Of a stretch of 64,000 bases of DNA, positions 26,338-38,101 are shown in pieces; positions within the stretch are counted from its first letter, which is position 1, and each line of letters begins with the position of its first letter. Where the stretch lies: contig OZ024748.1 in the NCBI GenBank assembly GCA_964016885.1, positions 42,160,001 through 42,224,000 of the forward strand. Direction: 5' to 3'. Position numbers and translations under genes: made by a program. A model generated the notes under the pieces. That model was not told the origin of the DNA and made no database searches. It was given only the letters and a program-made list of their open reading frames with translations. This stretch comes from Eledone cirrhosa. Lineage: Eukaryota.

Positions 26338-26815
26338 GCATACTGTAAGCAATGTTGGTCACAGTATTATATATATATATATCAGTATATGTCTGTAATC
26401 TAGACAGCCTGCAACACAGATCACAGTATTATATTTATATTACATCTGTTGTAGATCTGGATCACAGACATATACTGTAAGCAATGTTGATGACAGTATT
26501 ATATAAATTACATCTGTTGGTGATCCGGATTATAGACATACTGTCAGCTATACAGATCATAGTATTATATATATATATTACATCTGTTGTAGATCTGGAT
26601 CACAGACATATACTGTAAGCAATGTTGATGACAGTATTATATAAATTACATCTGTTGGTGATCCGGATTATAGACATACTGTCAGCTATACAGATCATAG
26701 TATTATATATATATATTACATCTGTTGTAGATCTGGATCACAGACATATACTGTAAGCAATGTTGGTCACAATATGATATATATTACATCTGTTGTTGAT
26801 CTGGATTACAGACAT
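26338..26815. repeat. ~135-139 bp tandem repeat, ~3.5 copies
   Basis: tactgtaagcaatgttg recurs at about 26341, 26473, 26610 and 26749. Confidence 0.9.
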
Positions 26816-27103
26816 TCTAATTTGGAAATATTTACCATTAAATGTGATACATTTTAAGCAACCAGATTAAAAATATTATTATTCATTGGTGCTGCAAAAA
26901 ATAGATTTTAAAACAATATGGTCATCGTTAACATAGCTTATTTCAGCATACTAAAGATTAAAACATCTTTCAACAATCTCCAAAATACTTCAATACTGTT
27001 TAGTCTTAACTTAGGGAGAGAAAAAAACATTTTTTCATAAAGAAAAAGTAATTTACAACCTTTCTTTTAGTTTTGCACAGACATAGAAATCATGGAAAAG
27101 ATA

Positions 27104-27252
27104 GGCATTCAAGTATTTTGTGTGGCCCACTCCAGGTTAGCATTCAAGTATTTAGATTGTGTGGGCCACTCCAGGTTAGCATTCAAGTATTTTGTGTGGC
27201 CCACTCCAGGTTAGCATTCAAGTATTTAGATTGTGTGGGCCACACCAGGTTA
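27104..27252. repeat. ~35-39 bp tandem repeat, 4 copies (LAMTOR2 3' UTR region)
   Basis: gcattcaagtattt(aga)ttgtgtgg.ccactccaggtta. Confidence 0.9.
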
Positions 27253-27518
27253 ATTAAATGAAGAAAAAAAAAAAATTCCAGGTATGGTGAATTGGTCTGT
27301 ATTAGATGTCCAAATTTAATTTGGAGGGAGAACTTTGTATAATGTTCAATTTCTTTGGGTTAAAAATGTTTTTTGTTTGTGTGTAATTCTGCTGACTTTG
27401 TGAAGCAGTTAAAAGGAGTTCCCCCGATCCATTCAGTACAGGTGTGGCCAGCAGATAATTGCAACAGTTCACTGGTGGAGGAGGAACGTAATACTGGCTA
27501 TTTCAATAGAAAATTGGA

Positions 27519-27575
27519 TCAGGAAGCAGCCACACGTTGTAAAGGTCCTTCTAAATAAGTGGCAAGAGCTTGTAG
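27519..27575 (-). CDS. LAMTOR2: LAMTOR2 exon 4 (LQALATYLEGPLQRVAAS*)
   Basis: tttgcag acceptor, 57 nt. It matches the C-terminus of Ragulator subunit LAMTOR2 (..QALVQYLEEPLTQVAAS). Confidence 0.96.
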   Translation of the reverse strand, partial: LQALATYLEGPLQRVAAS

Positions 27576-27635
27576 CTGCAAATAGAAATATATACAACAT
27601 ATAAATATATATATAATAATATATAAATATAAATA

Positions 27636-28017
27636 TATCATCATCATTTTATGTCCGCTTTTCCCTGCTTGCAAGGGTGGGACGGGAACTGATTCTGGCT
27701 TGATTTCTACAGCTGGATACCCTTCCTAACACCAACCTCATTTACAGTGAGTGCTGGGTGACTTTTTTTTGTGGCGCCTACACGACCACTTTACAGTGAG
27801 TGCTGGGTGGTTTTTTGTCGTGGCACCTCCATGACCACTTTGCAGTGGAATGATAGGGACCCCAGTACCTATCATCTCATTTCTACAGCTGAGTAAACTG
27901 GAGCAATGTGAAATAAAGTGTCTTGCTCAAGGAAACAACACATCACCCAGTCTGAGAATTGAACTCACAACCTTTTGATTGCAAGGCCGATGCTCTAACC
28001 ACTAAGCCATATGCCTC
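27636..28017 (-). mobile_element. tRNA-derived SINE family B with an RTE-like 3' tail
   Basis: Reverse of the 54803 copy: ggcttagtggttagagc head, ccttgagcaagacactt CORE-like motif, aggaagggc/tatccagctgtagaaa tail, (GAT)n end. Confidence 0.9.
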
Positions 28018-28308
28018 CATATATATATATATAAATAAATATATATATATATATAAAAATATATATATATATATATATATATATGGTTTCTAATTTAAGC
28101 GTATTAAATTGACCCCAGTACATGACTGGTACTTTATTTTATCAACCCTGGAGGGATGAAAGGCAAAATTGACCTCAGCAAGATTTGAAATGTGAGAGAG
28201 AATATAAAAATCAAAGGAGTAAAACTTTAAAATAAACACAAGATATTCTGAATATTTCAGTTTAAGAAATAATATGATATACAAGATTATCTCTAAACAT
28301 TTCCTTAC

Positions 28309-28398
28309 CTTTGCTTTTAACATTCCAAAATCTACAGTTTCTTTTGCATAAATACAGAGAAGTAAGTTTCCAACACAGGTAATTGCAACTTTACCTTC
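28309..28398 (-). CDS. LAMTOR2: LAMTOR2 exon 3 ([30 protein letters not shown])
   Basis: AG/GT boundaries, 90 nt, near-identical to the conserved NLLLC.YAKETV.FGMLKAK motif. Confidence 0.97.
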
Positions 28399-28580
28399 CT
28401 ATAACAAACAAACAGGTATAAATGGGTAGAAAAATTAAACAGGTAAATGAAGACATAATCCCATCCTGGGACAGGCAAATAACAGAAATAGTTCAGATAG
28501 CAGTGACACTCAAAAAGTTAAAAGAATAAAAATTGATAGATGTATAATCTGGTTTCTGAAATGAATTAATATTTCCTCAC

Positions 28581-28743
28581 CTCATTGTGTAATAAAACAT
28601 ACTTCAATTTGTCACCATCTAAAGCCATGTCTCCACTCTTCACATACGCACCCCAAATATTACTAGCAATTGTTGCTGTCACTTGAGGGTCTTTGTTAGC
28701 ATAGCCAGCATAGGCTAATAAAGCTCCTTCCTGGTTTAGAAGC
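28581..28743 (-). CDS. LAMTOR2: LAMTOR2 exon 2 (LLNQEGALLAYAGY...IASNIWGAY...HNE)
   Basis: AG/GT boundaries, 163 nt, roadblock-domain motifs. Confidence 0.97.
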
Positions 28744-29159
28744 CTTAAAGAGAAAGAAAGAACATTTTAACCCTATTTAATAATGAAACCAAGGCTGATA
28801 ATTTCATAGGTTGATTATGAAGGATTGATGCTAGAGCTTTGTAAAGTAAATCATGTTATAAATAAAAACAAATTAGCGGTGACTTGTTCATTTCTTAATT
28901 CTTATCCATGTGGTATGTGGAAATCATCTTCCCCACGGTAATATCTCTTCACACCACAAGTGAGTACAACTTCTTGTTTCCTCGAACATGGCAAACTTCT
29001 CTCGACTCCCTGAGACAAACTTCACTTACCCACTTGCCATTACTCAACCAACAAGCTACTCCCTTCATCATTATCTTCTTCTTCTTGAGTCATCCTTCCA
29101 TCAAAGGTGAAACATTCATTTTACTTCTTCTAATGGCTGGTAACACCTACATATCATCA

Positions 29160-29721
29160 CTACCACTACAGATGAACAGATCTATCTGACAACCACACTA
29201 TCACCACTACTACAGATGAACAGATCATCTGGCAACCACACTATCACCACTACTACAGATGAACAGATCATCTGGCAACCACACTATCACCACTACTACA
29301 GATGAACAGATCATCTGGCAACCACACTATCACCACTACTACAGATGAACAGATCATCTGGCAACCACACTATCACCACTACTACAGATGAACAGATCAT
29401 CTGGCAACCACACTATCACCACTACTACAGATGAACAGATCATCTGGCAACCACACTATCACCACTACTACAGATGAACAGATCATCTGGCAACCACACT
29501 ATCACCACTACTACAGATGAACAGATCATCTGGCAACCACACTATCACCACTACTACAGATGAACAGATCATCTGGCAACCACACTATCACCACTACTAC
29601 AGACGAACAGATCATCTGGCAACCACACTATCACCACTACTACAGATGAACAGATCATCTGGCAACCACACTATCACCACTACTACAGATGAACAGATCA
29701 TCTGGCAACCACACTATCACC
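29160..29721. repeat. 43-bp minisatellite, ~13 nearly identical copies
   Basis: Unit accactactacagatgaacagatcatctggcaaccacactatc. Confidence 0.97.
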
Positions 29722-29787
29722 AAACCAATATTTATTTACACCCATTAAATTGGTTTAGGTCATGTTTGAATTTAATATATCTGGCTG

Positions 29788-29998
29788 GAGTGGTATGGTG
29801 TAGTATGGCGTAGTGTAGTGTGGTGTGGTATGGTGAGGTGTAGTGTAGTGTAGAGGTATGGTGTAGTGTAGTATGGTGAGGTGTAGTGTAGTGTAGTATG
29901 GTGAGGCATAGTGTAGTGTGGTGTGGTATGGTGTAGTGTAGTATCGTGAGGTGTAGTGTAGAGGTATGGAGTGGTATGGTATGGTGTGTAGTATAGTG
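29788..29998. repeat. Degenerate (GTGTA/GTATG)n pentamer repeat
   Basis: Directly visible. Confidence 0.9.
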
Positions 29999-30680
29999 GA
30001 TAGGGTTGATAGTTTGGGTCTGGTTTAGATTAGTTTTCATTCTAGTTAAAGAATATATGGTTTTAGTTACACACACACATACAATCACATATACACAATG
30101 GCATACACACACAATGAAAATCAGATTCTAAACTGTGACATGTAATGAAACTTGAGGTTAAAGTTCAATATTAAAAGGTTGACATTTAAGGTAAACAACA
30201 AAAGCTAAACAAAAGAAAGACTTAAATATTTAGAGGTTAAATCCATTTATCTTCCATTGACAAATTCAATGCCTTTGTCATCATCATTATCGTTTTTATG
30301 ACCATTTTTCTAAGCTGGCATGGGTTGGACAGGTCCTTCTCAGTGTGAAGTCTCTCTCCATGCATCAGGTTTAGATATTCCTCTCTTTGAAGGTTTTACT
30401 AACAAGATTCTGAGAATGGTTCACTTGCCTCTATCAGGATTACCAAAAACTAGGCTCTGGGGTATTTCAGGCTTTTCTGAGATAAAGTATCCATAAATAA
30501 CATTTAATAAAAACAACTTATTCTATGTTTATATAAATGGTAGTGCTGGTGTCCTGATAAATATTTCAAATGATAATTCTTCCAGCCCAGTAAATCATTA
30601 ATTACATTCGATTATTAATCAATAATTAAACCAAGAAAGAAATAGGATTATAACTTGTGAGAATCTAAAAACAGGTTTAC

Positions 30681-30862
30681 AAGAAGTTGTTTAACCCAAG
30701 GCCAGTCCTGTGATCACAAGAAGTCATTTAACCCAAGGCCAGTCCTGTGATCACAAGAAGTGGTTTAACCCAAGGCCAGTCCTGTGATCAAGAAGTGGTT
30801 TAACCCAAGGCTAGTCCTGTGAACATAAGAAGTCGTTTAACCCAAGGCCAGTCCTGTGATCT
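30681..30862. repeat. 37-bp tandem repeat, 5 copies
   Basis: Unit aagaagtcgtttaacccaaggccagtcctgtgatcac. Confidence 0.93.
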
Positions 30863-31119
30863 TTTCCAGTACATTATTCAATATGTTCTTCCTAGGACTA
30901 TATTATGTTTCCTTCCCCTTTTATTAGACAGTTGTGATCTGAGGGAGATTTGGCTGCTATTTCTGTGTCGGTTTCCAGATCAAATCTGAAGATTTACCTT
31001 TTCAGGAAATTAATGAAGGATTAATGAAGCTTATCAATATTCTTTGATTTTGGTGGATACATGGCACTATATAAATGCATCGGCCCATGTGGCCAATAAA
31101 TGAAATCCTTATTATTATT

Positions 31120-31267
31120 ATGAGTTCAAATCCCGTCGAGGTTAGCTATGACTTTCATCCTTACAGGGTCGATAAAATAAAGTACCAGTAATGCACTGGA
31201 GTCAATTTAATCGACTTTCCCCCTCCCAAAATATTGTTGGCCTTGTGCCTATAGAGATCATTATTAT
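31120..31267 (+). mobile_element. 5'-truncated SINE family A
   Basis: It starts at box B and has the family body and tail. Confidence 0.85.
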
Positions 31268-31333
31268 GTTGAGACTCCGTGGTAGGCAAGAAAGTAAAGA
31301 AATTGGAAAATATGAATTTTGTTCGATACCCAT

Positions 31334-31714
31334 AGGCTTAGTGGTTAGAGCATTGGGCTTGCAATCGAAAGGTTGTGAGTTCAATTCTCAGATCGAATGA
31401 TGTGTTGTTTTCTTGAGCAAGACACTTTATTTCACATTGCTCCAGTTTACTCAGCTGTAGAAATGAGATGATAGGGACTGGGGTCCCTATCATTCCACTG
31501 CAAAGTGGTCATGGAGGTGCCACGGCAAAAAAGCACCCAGCACTCACTGTAAATGAGGTTGGTGTTAGGAAGGGCATCCAGCTGTAGAAATCAAGCCAGA
31601 ATCAGTTCCTGTATGAGCAAGACAAGGCCAGCCAACCGGACACTGCCCACAACAGGACAAATCGTCTAACCCATGCTAGCGTGGAAGAACGGACGTAAAA
31701 CGGTGATGATGATG
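31334..31714 (+). mobile_element. SINE family B
   Basis: tRNA-like head, CORE-like motif, RTE-like tail and a (GAT)n end. Confidence 0.9.
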
Positions 31715-32365
31715 ACCCAAGCCCCCCAAAAATCCATTTAAACTTATCTACACACATTGTTTGTCATTTTAATCCGTAATATAATTTCATAAAATTATAT
31801 TTACCATTCAAATCAACACACACACACACATATATATATATGTATACTTTTAACTGTATCATATTAGCGCCTGGAGAAAGCTCAATATTTTGATGCCTCA
31901 TGTTTTCTGAAGGTATGGTCAAATTTGGACAGTGAAACCTTAAGTTGCGCCTTTGTTCAGTGTATGAACATAAATAAATAATAGAATATATAAATAAATT
32001 ATATATATATATATATATATAGTATATGTGGTATGTTTTGACTGCGGAAATTCACGCGATACCAGCAAACGAATGTACACGCCCAAATGGAACAATCAAC
32101 GGATTTGCCGGTGTATATTTGTATCATTACCAGGAATTAAAGAAAATAAACGTTTAATATGAAACTCTTCTTAAATATTTATTTACTATCAACTGATAAA
32201 ATACTGTAGATTATGTCTATTGTCACAATCGTATATTAACGACATTTTAAATATTAGTCGCCGAATCCAGGAAGAGAAATATCTGCTCCACATGACCATT
32301 AATAATAGAAGGTGTAGAGGGCGGGGTACAGATTAAACTATATATATATATATATATATATATAC

Positions 32366-32610
32366 ATGAGTTCCAGGTTCAATCGGGTGAAACCACAGTA
32401 AGGTACTCAATACATTAGTAGAGTGTAAACATCAAGTTTAATATAGAAATGGCTTCTACAGAACTAGATGTTTCATTCAAAATATTTCTTTTGAATGAAA
32501 CGATCTAGTCCTGTATTAAACTTTATATATGTGTGTGTGTATAAATCCCGAGTTAAATCGAAGGTAACCACAGTTAAAAAGGTACTCAATACATAGAGAG
32601 TAAACATCAT
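32366..32610. mobile_element. Fold-back Penelope-like terminal fragment with a half-hammerhead hairpin
   Basis: Hairpin tacagaactagatgtttcattcaaaa-tatttc-ttttgaatgaaacgatctagtcctgta. The aggtactcaatac motif occurs twice and is also seen reversed at 46190-46205. Confidence 0.55.
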
Positions 32611-33491
32611 TATTATTTTTTATATATATATATATGTATATATGTATATATATATATATATACCTTCGTTTGAAACAATAGATCGTCTAATCTAAAAGAT
32701 AAAAAGCATCATGGAGTTGACTTAGATTCTTTTACTATCAAATATTGAAGTAATTAGTTAAAATTGGTTTGATATACCTTTCTGTGTCTCAAATACGGAA
32801 GATATTAAAATGAAAGCTAGTCGAAATAAAACACAGACTTGTGCAAAATTGGGCATTTATTAAATTTAGAGTAGACCCAAAATTTTAGTAATAAATAATG
32901 AAAAGATATATGTAAGAATCCTTATTAACAGTTCCTCAAAAGGGGTTGGAAAATGTGAAAGTATTCGATGAAAGATATTCTTCGTTACTAAAATAACAAT
33001 TATCAGGTAATTTTGGCGAATAAAAAGATCTTTCACGTATTGAAATAATTGAAAATATATTCTTTTCTTTTCTTTCTTATTTTAAAATAAACTAAATTAA
33101 CAATTAATGGAGAAATAAAATATAATATTCATCGCAAATTTCCGGGCACCTTGTACACGAAGCGCATGGTGATCGGTTTCAGGTTTTATAAACCCCTAAA
33201 AATCGAATTATTACAACTTTCTTTAATAATAGATCTTAATCCTAGAACTTCTCAACAACATTTCACAATTAAACAAAAATAATGGAATAAAAATGAAGCG
33301 ATAAATGATTAAAAATAAGTAAAATTAATTGAAATGTTGCTGGATTCCTGAGAAGGGAGGCATCCATTGATAGGAAAGTGACATGAATGACAACTAGACG
33401 TAAAATATAAACCAAATAGAGATATAGGATCTATTTTGAATGGTATAAATAATTAAGAAGGAAGTAGTTAATAAGTAAAAGATATACTTAC

Positions 33492-33559
33492 AAAGTACTC
33501 TGGACTCCAGAAGTATTTACTTGACGTAAAACTTCAGTTAAAACTTTAGGTTTTAGCAT
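33492..33559 (-). CDS. LAMTOR2: LAMTOR2 exon 1 (MLKPKVLTEVLRQVNTSGVQST)
   Basis: ATG at 33559 and GTAAGT donor. The four exons total 68+163+90+57 = 378 nt, which is 125 aa plus stop. Confidence 0.97.
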
Positions 33560-33593
33560 TGCGCCGTCTGTCTGCAACATAAACACAATGTCA

Positions 33594-33601
33594 ACTTCCG
33601 G
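33594..33601 (-). promoter_or_regulatory. ETS-type CCGGAAGT motif in the proximal LAMTOR2 promoter region
   Basis: acttccgg lies ~35 bp upstream of the ATG. Function is inferred. Confidence 0.4.
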
Positions 33602-33938
33602 TTTTCAGCAGTAAATATTCACTTATACATTCTAACATTCCGGAATATGTTTTAACTTTTAATTCCGATATTCTGAATTCCTTTAAACTATTTTAAATTC
33701 CTTAACTAAAACTATTTCTTTTTTTTTCTTCTTTTTTGTATTTAATTTAATTGTTATATAGAAATATTTAAAAACAAAATTAGATGTGTTGTAACAATGA
33801 CAGAAACCGGATAAATTAATTTAAAAACATCAATCTCTCCCCCTCTCTATATCTAATATACAACACACTCTCCCAGCCCCCCCCTCTCTACATCAACCAT
33901 ACGACACTCACAATTTCCCCTCTATATCAAGTAACACC

Positions 33939-36900
33939 TTTGCGAGTCCAGGATCAGCAGCGAGCGCCAACTGGCCCCCATCTTCGACGACTTTGAGATC
34001 TACGCATCTCTCTGTCAGCCGAGGGGTGGGGGTGGGGTTGTCGTTCTGCTGCGAAAATACCTGGGTCTTGCCACACAGAAGGTACACCTGGACCCGGAGG
34101 GTCGACTGGTGGTTTTAGACGTCGGCAGTGGTGAAGGTGGAGCTTTCAGGCTGGTGGCAGCGTATGCCCCATCTGGGACACCGCGACCGGACTTCTTCCG
34201 ACGCCTGGAGAATTTCCTAGGAACGTCTCGCTCCTTGCTTTTAGTGGGGGACTGGAATGGTATCCTGGATGCACGTTGGGACTATGTAGGGGCATGTCCC
34301 GATAGAGGGGGTGTAACAGCCTCAAACGATTAATCGGCCGATTTGATCAGGCCGATAGATATCGACTAGATTTTCCGACTGTGCCACTGTGGACGTGGAC
34401 TAATCGCAGCGGAACATCTAGGTCGTACCTAGATAGGTTCCTAGTTAGAAATAAGGATAGGGACATATTAAGCTGTCCACGAATGTTCATGGTTGACTAT
34501 TCGGATCACAAGTTGGTGACCGGAGTGGTCAACCTTGATAGAACTCATAGACAGGGACCCGGTTACTGGAAGCTAAACTTGTCTTTACCGACAAACAAAG
34601 CTTAGAGTAAGCGGATTAGCACACTAGTTAAGCAGCGTTTAACGGGGGCAATTGTCAACAGCGGGTAGTGGGTCTCTCTCAAGAGAGAAATTAGAATAGA
34701 ATCGATAGGTTTTAGTCGGGAATTAGCATCAGATAGGAATAGAACTGAAAGGGAATTAACAAATAGAGTAGAAGAGGCGATTAGGAGTGGCAATGTGGCC
34801 GGCGTGCTGGTGTCAAGAATGGCCCTAGACCAGTTCTTTGATGCGAAGCACGAGGGCTGCGTTGTCAGGAGTAAAATACGTGCTCTGGGTAACGAGGGAG
34901 CCAAAGCTGTTAGCTGGGCCCGAGTGACAGAGGCAAAAAGTGGAAACAAGTCCACGATTCGGTCTTTGAAGGACCAGGATGGACGCGTGATCCTTGAACC
35001 TGAGCGGATGAGCTCGGCCTTTCAACAGCGCTTTTCACGACTGTTCGGGAGGGGCGGCGGGCCGGGTGGGGCCATGGATTTCGGTCCATACCTCGACGGT
35101 CTGGTGCGGCTCTCGGACGGGGAGGCGAAGTCCTGCGAGAGGCCGATTTCAGCCGCTGAAATAGGGGAAGCGCTGGGCCAATGCGGCAAACGCAAATCTC
35201 CGGGTCTCGATGGTCTACCATACGAACTTTATGTAGCGATGCCGGGCTTGTTCTCCGGTCTCCTGGAGGCGGTCTACTGCAACTGGCAACAGAACGGAAG
35301 AATTCCCAGTTCTGTGACCAAGGGCGTAGTCACGCTGGTGAGGAAGGACGAGAACAAGGGCGATGACATAGATAACTTCAGGCCCAGAACTCTGCTAAAC
35401 ACAGAGTTAAAGATTTTGGCCACGGTGTTAGCGAAGATGTTGGCGCTTGTCGTCGGGAACCTGGTGGGAGAAGCGCAGACGTGCGCAATCCCGTCCAGGT
35501 CCATACACGACAACCTCCACCTCATGCGATACATCGTAGAGAGGGTAGGGAACGAACCCGGCTTTGGTGGGGCCCTGATCAACTTGGATCAATCTAAGGC
35601 GTTCGATAGGGTTGACCATCAGTACCTGGATGAGGTGCTCGCGGCGGCAGGATTCGGACCCGTTTTCAGGGGCTGGATTGCTGCAATGCACAGCAGCAAC
35701 ACCTGCTCGAGGGTCAAGGTGAACGGCTACCTCGCGGAGCCGTTCCAAATCACGCGATCCATCCGACAGGGATGCCGTTTCCTCCCTCCTGTATGTGCTG
35801 GCTCTCGAGCCACTACTGCGGAAGCTGGAGCTGTTGCAGGGCATCCCCTTGGAACCGGGATTGCGGAAAGCGGTGTCGGCCTACGCCGATGACGTGACAG
35901 TAATGGTGTCGTGCGCCTCGGAAATCGGGCAGATCGGCACCTTACTGGAGGAATATGAAAGGTTCACAGGAGCCAAGCTGAACCGGGACAAGTCCGTCGG
36001 TTTGCAACTCGGGACGTGGAGGGGCAAAACGATGCCCTACGACGGCATCGTCGGACGCTGGACGGAAGGACCGGTGAAGCTGCTCGGGGTCTGGTTCGGA
36101 CCGGACCTCCAGGTGGAGAAAAACTGGGACGAGGTAATGGGCAAGGTGTTTGCACTCGCCCAGAAGTGGGCCGAGTGCAAACTATCCCTGAAAGGTCGAG
36201 CGGAGGTGGCGAACGCTTATATAGCGTCCGTCATCTACTACCGCTTGACCGTCGTGCCTTGCCCAGAGAAAACACTCGCCAAAATGGAGCGCGTGCTCTT
36301 CCGATTTCTTTGGAAGAAGCGGGCTCCTTTGGTGAGAAGATCCATCTGCTGTCAACACCCTTCGAACGGAGGGCTGGGGGTGCCGTGGCTGACGATGCGT
36401 AGACACGCATTAAGGCTACAGCACCTCCAGGTATTCCTCACCGGTCAGCCGGTGTGGGCCCCGTTTGTGAGGCGAGCCTTTCCGAGACTCGTCTCACTCA
36501 CCGAGCTGCAATCCTGGGTCAAGCAAAGACCGAGAAAAGTGGGCGACTGGCACATTGAATGTGCCCAGGCGCTCACGGCCCTCTGGCAAGCGGATCCGGC
36601 AATCAGTGGAGACTCCACCTCGACATTCTATAGAGGGTTGGTGCGCAGTAAGTGCGATGACGCTCTCGAAGAGGCTCTGGGCATCGAGGAAGATGAGCTG
36701 GCCAGTCTGTTCGGTAGGACGTTTGGCCTGGGACCGATGGACAACTTCCAAAAGTCCCTGGCTTGGCAATGTTACCGAGGAGCTCTACCCGTTCGGGACA
36801 AGCTCTACAGACACGGGCGCCTGGGTAGGGACCCCTCGAAGAAGATCTGTCCGAGATGCGTGCGTGACGAGGAAACCGTCGCACACGCATTCGTACACTG

Positions 36901-37505
36901 CCCGGGCGTTGCTGACCTGTGGGGCTATGTGGAACGACTACTGTCGCGGGTGGGACCAATCCGGTTGACCACCGAGAACATTGTCACGATCAAACCGCCT
37001 CCCCCTTTCAAAAACGAAGGAGAGGCGGTTTTCCTCTGTGTGATAGCTATGGCGAAAGAAGTGGTATGGTGGACAAGGTTGAAAGGGCTGAGGTCAGACA
37101 CCTTTCTCTCTGGCCAACAACTGGTCTTTTTTTTCAAGTACCACTTTAGAAGAAGGATCAGAATGGAGAGAGAGGTGCTCTACCCCAGCAAGTTTTATGA
37201 AAGGTGGGTGAAAGTAGCGAGAATGGCCCGAGTGAATGGGTCTTCTCTCTATATCAGCCTGTAGGTGAGAGAGGAGAAGAATGAGAAGAAGAAGGAAGCA
37301 CCCGCTCTTTGTGCTCCTGAAGGGGAGGGTTGCACATTTTTTCGGGGGTGTGTGCGACCCATGTCAACGCCCCTCCCTATTGAGGACATCGATTGTTAAA
37401 TTTAATTTGTTATATGTTTTTTCACGTCTTTTTAAATGTATGTAAACTCCCCCCTTTGTATTTGTCCCAATCTTTGATGCCCTGGTGGCAAATAAATAGA
37501 AATTG
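33939..37505 (+). mobile_element. 5'-truncated Tx1/L1-clade LINE (APE endonuclease, RT, zf-RVT) with a 15-bp TSD
   Basis: Motifs GDWN, SYLDRF, YSDHK, PGYWKLN, KSPGLDGLP, LDQSKAFDRV, AYADDV and CPRC..ETVAHAFVHC. It has a few stops and frameshifts and is GC/CpG-rich. ATATCAAGTAACACC is duplicated at 33924-33938 and 37506-37520. Confidence 0.96.
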
Positions 37506-37714
37506 ATATCAAGTAACACCAAACTCTCCCCTCTCTATACAATAGCCACAATGCCCTATATATAGGAGACAATACAATAGACAGGGACGGGGGGGGGGGA
37601 GAGTTACAAAAAATACACGAATAAAAGAAAATACAAACAACAAAATTCCCCAATGGTGAGCGGGGGGGGGGGGGAGCAGCCAGTGGTGACTCAGGTACTC
37701 TCCCCCATCCCCTA

Positions 37715-38020
37715 CAATAATTGTTTCTACTTTTGGCACAAGGCCAGCAATTACCAGTGTATTACTGGTACTTTATTTTATCGACCCCATAAGGATGAAA
37801 GTCAATGGTTTCTACTTTAGGCACAAGGCCAACCATTTTTGTGGAGGAGAAAGTCGATTAAATCCACCCCAGTACGTGATTGGTACTTTATTTTATCGAC
37901 CCTGTAAAGATGAACGGCAAAGCTAACCTCGGTAGGATGTGAACTCCAAACGTAAAGAGATGTAACTCTATGCCGCGAAGCATGGAGTCTGACACTCTAC
38001 CGATTATGCCATTCCTCCGC
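37715..38020 (-). mobile_element. Two SINE family A copies (one partial, one full)
   Basis: Reverse complement of the family A body and head. Confidence 0.85.
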
Positions 38021-38101
38021 CAATAACAATAATAATAATGTTTCTATTTACTGGTGCTTTATTTATAACAATAATAATGATAAAATCAGTTAAACTACCC
38101 C

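Noticed and set aside
33924-33938. The Tx1 target as U2 snRNA (ATCAAGT resembles U2)
   Set aside because: The match is only 7 nt and the flanks do not resemble U2.
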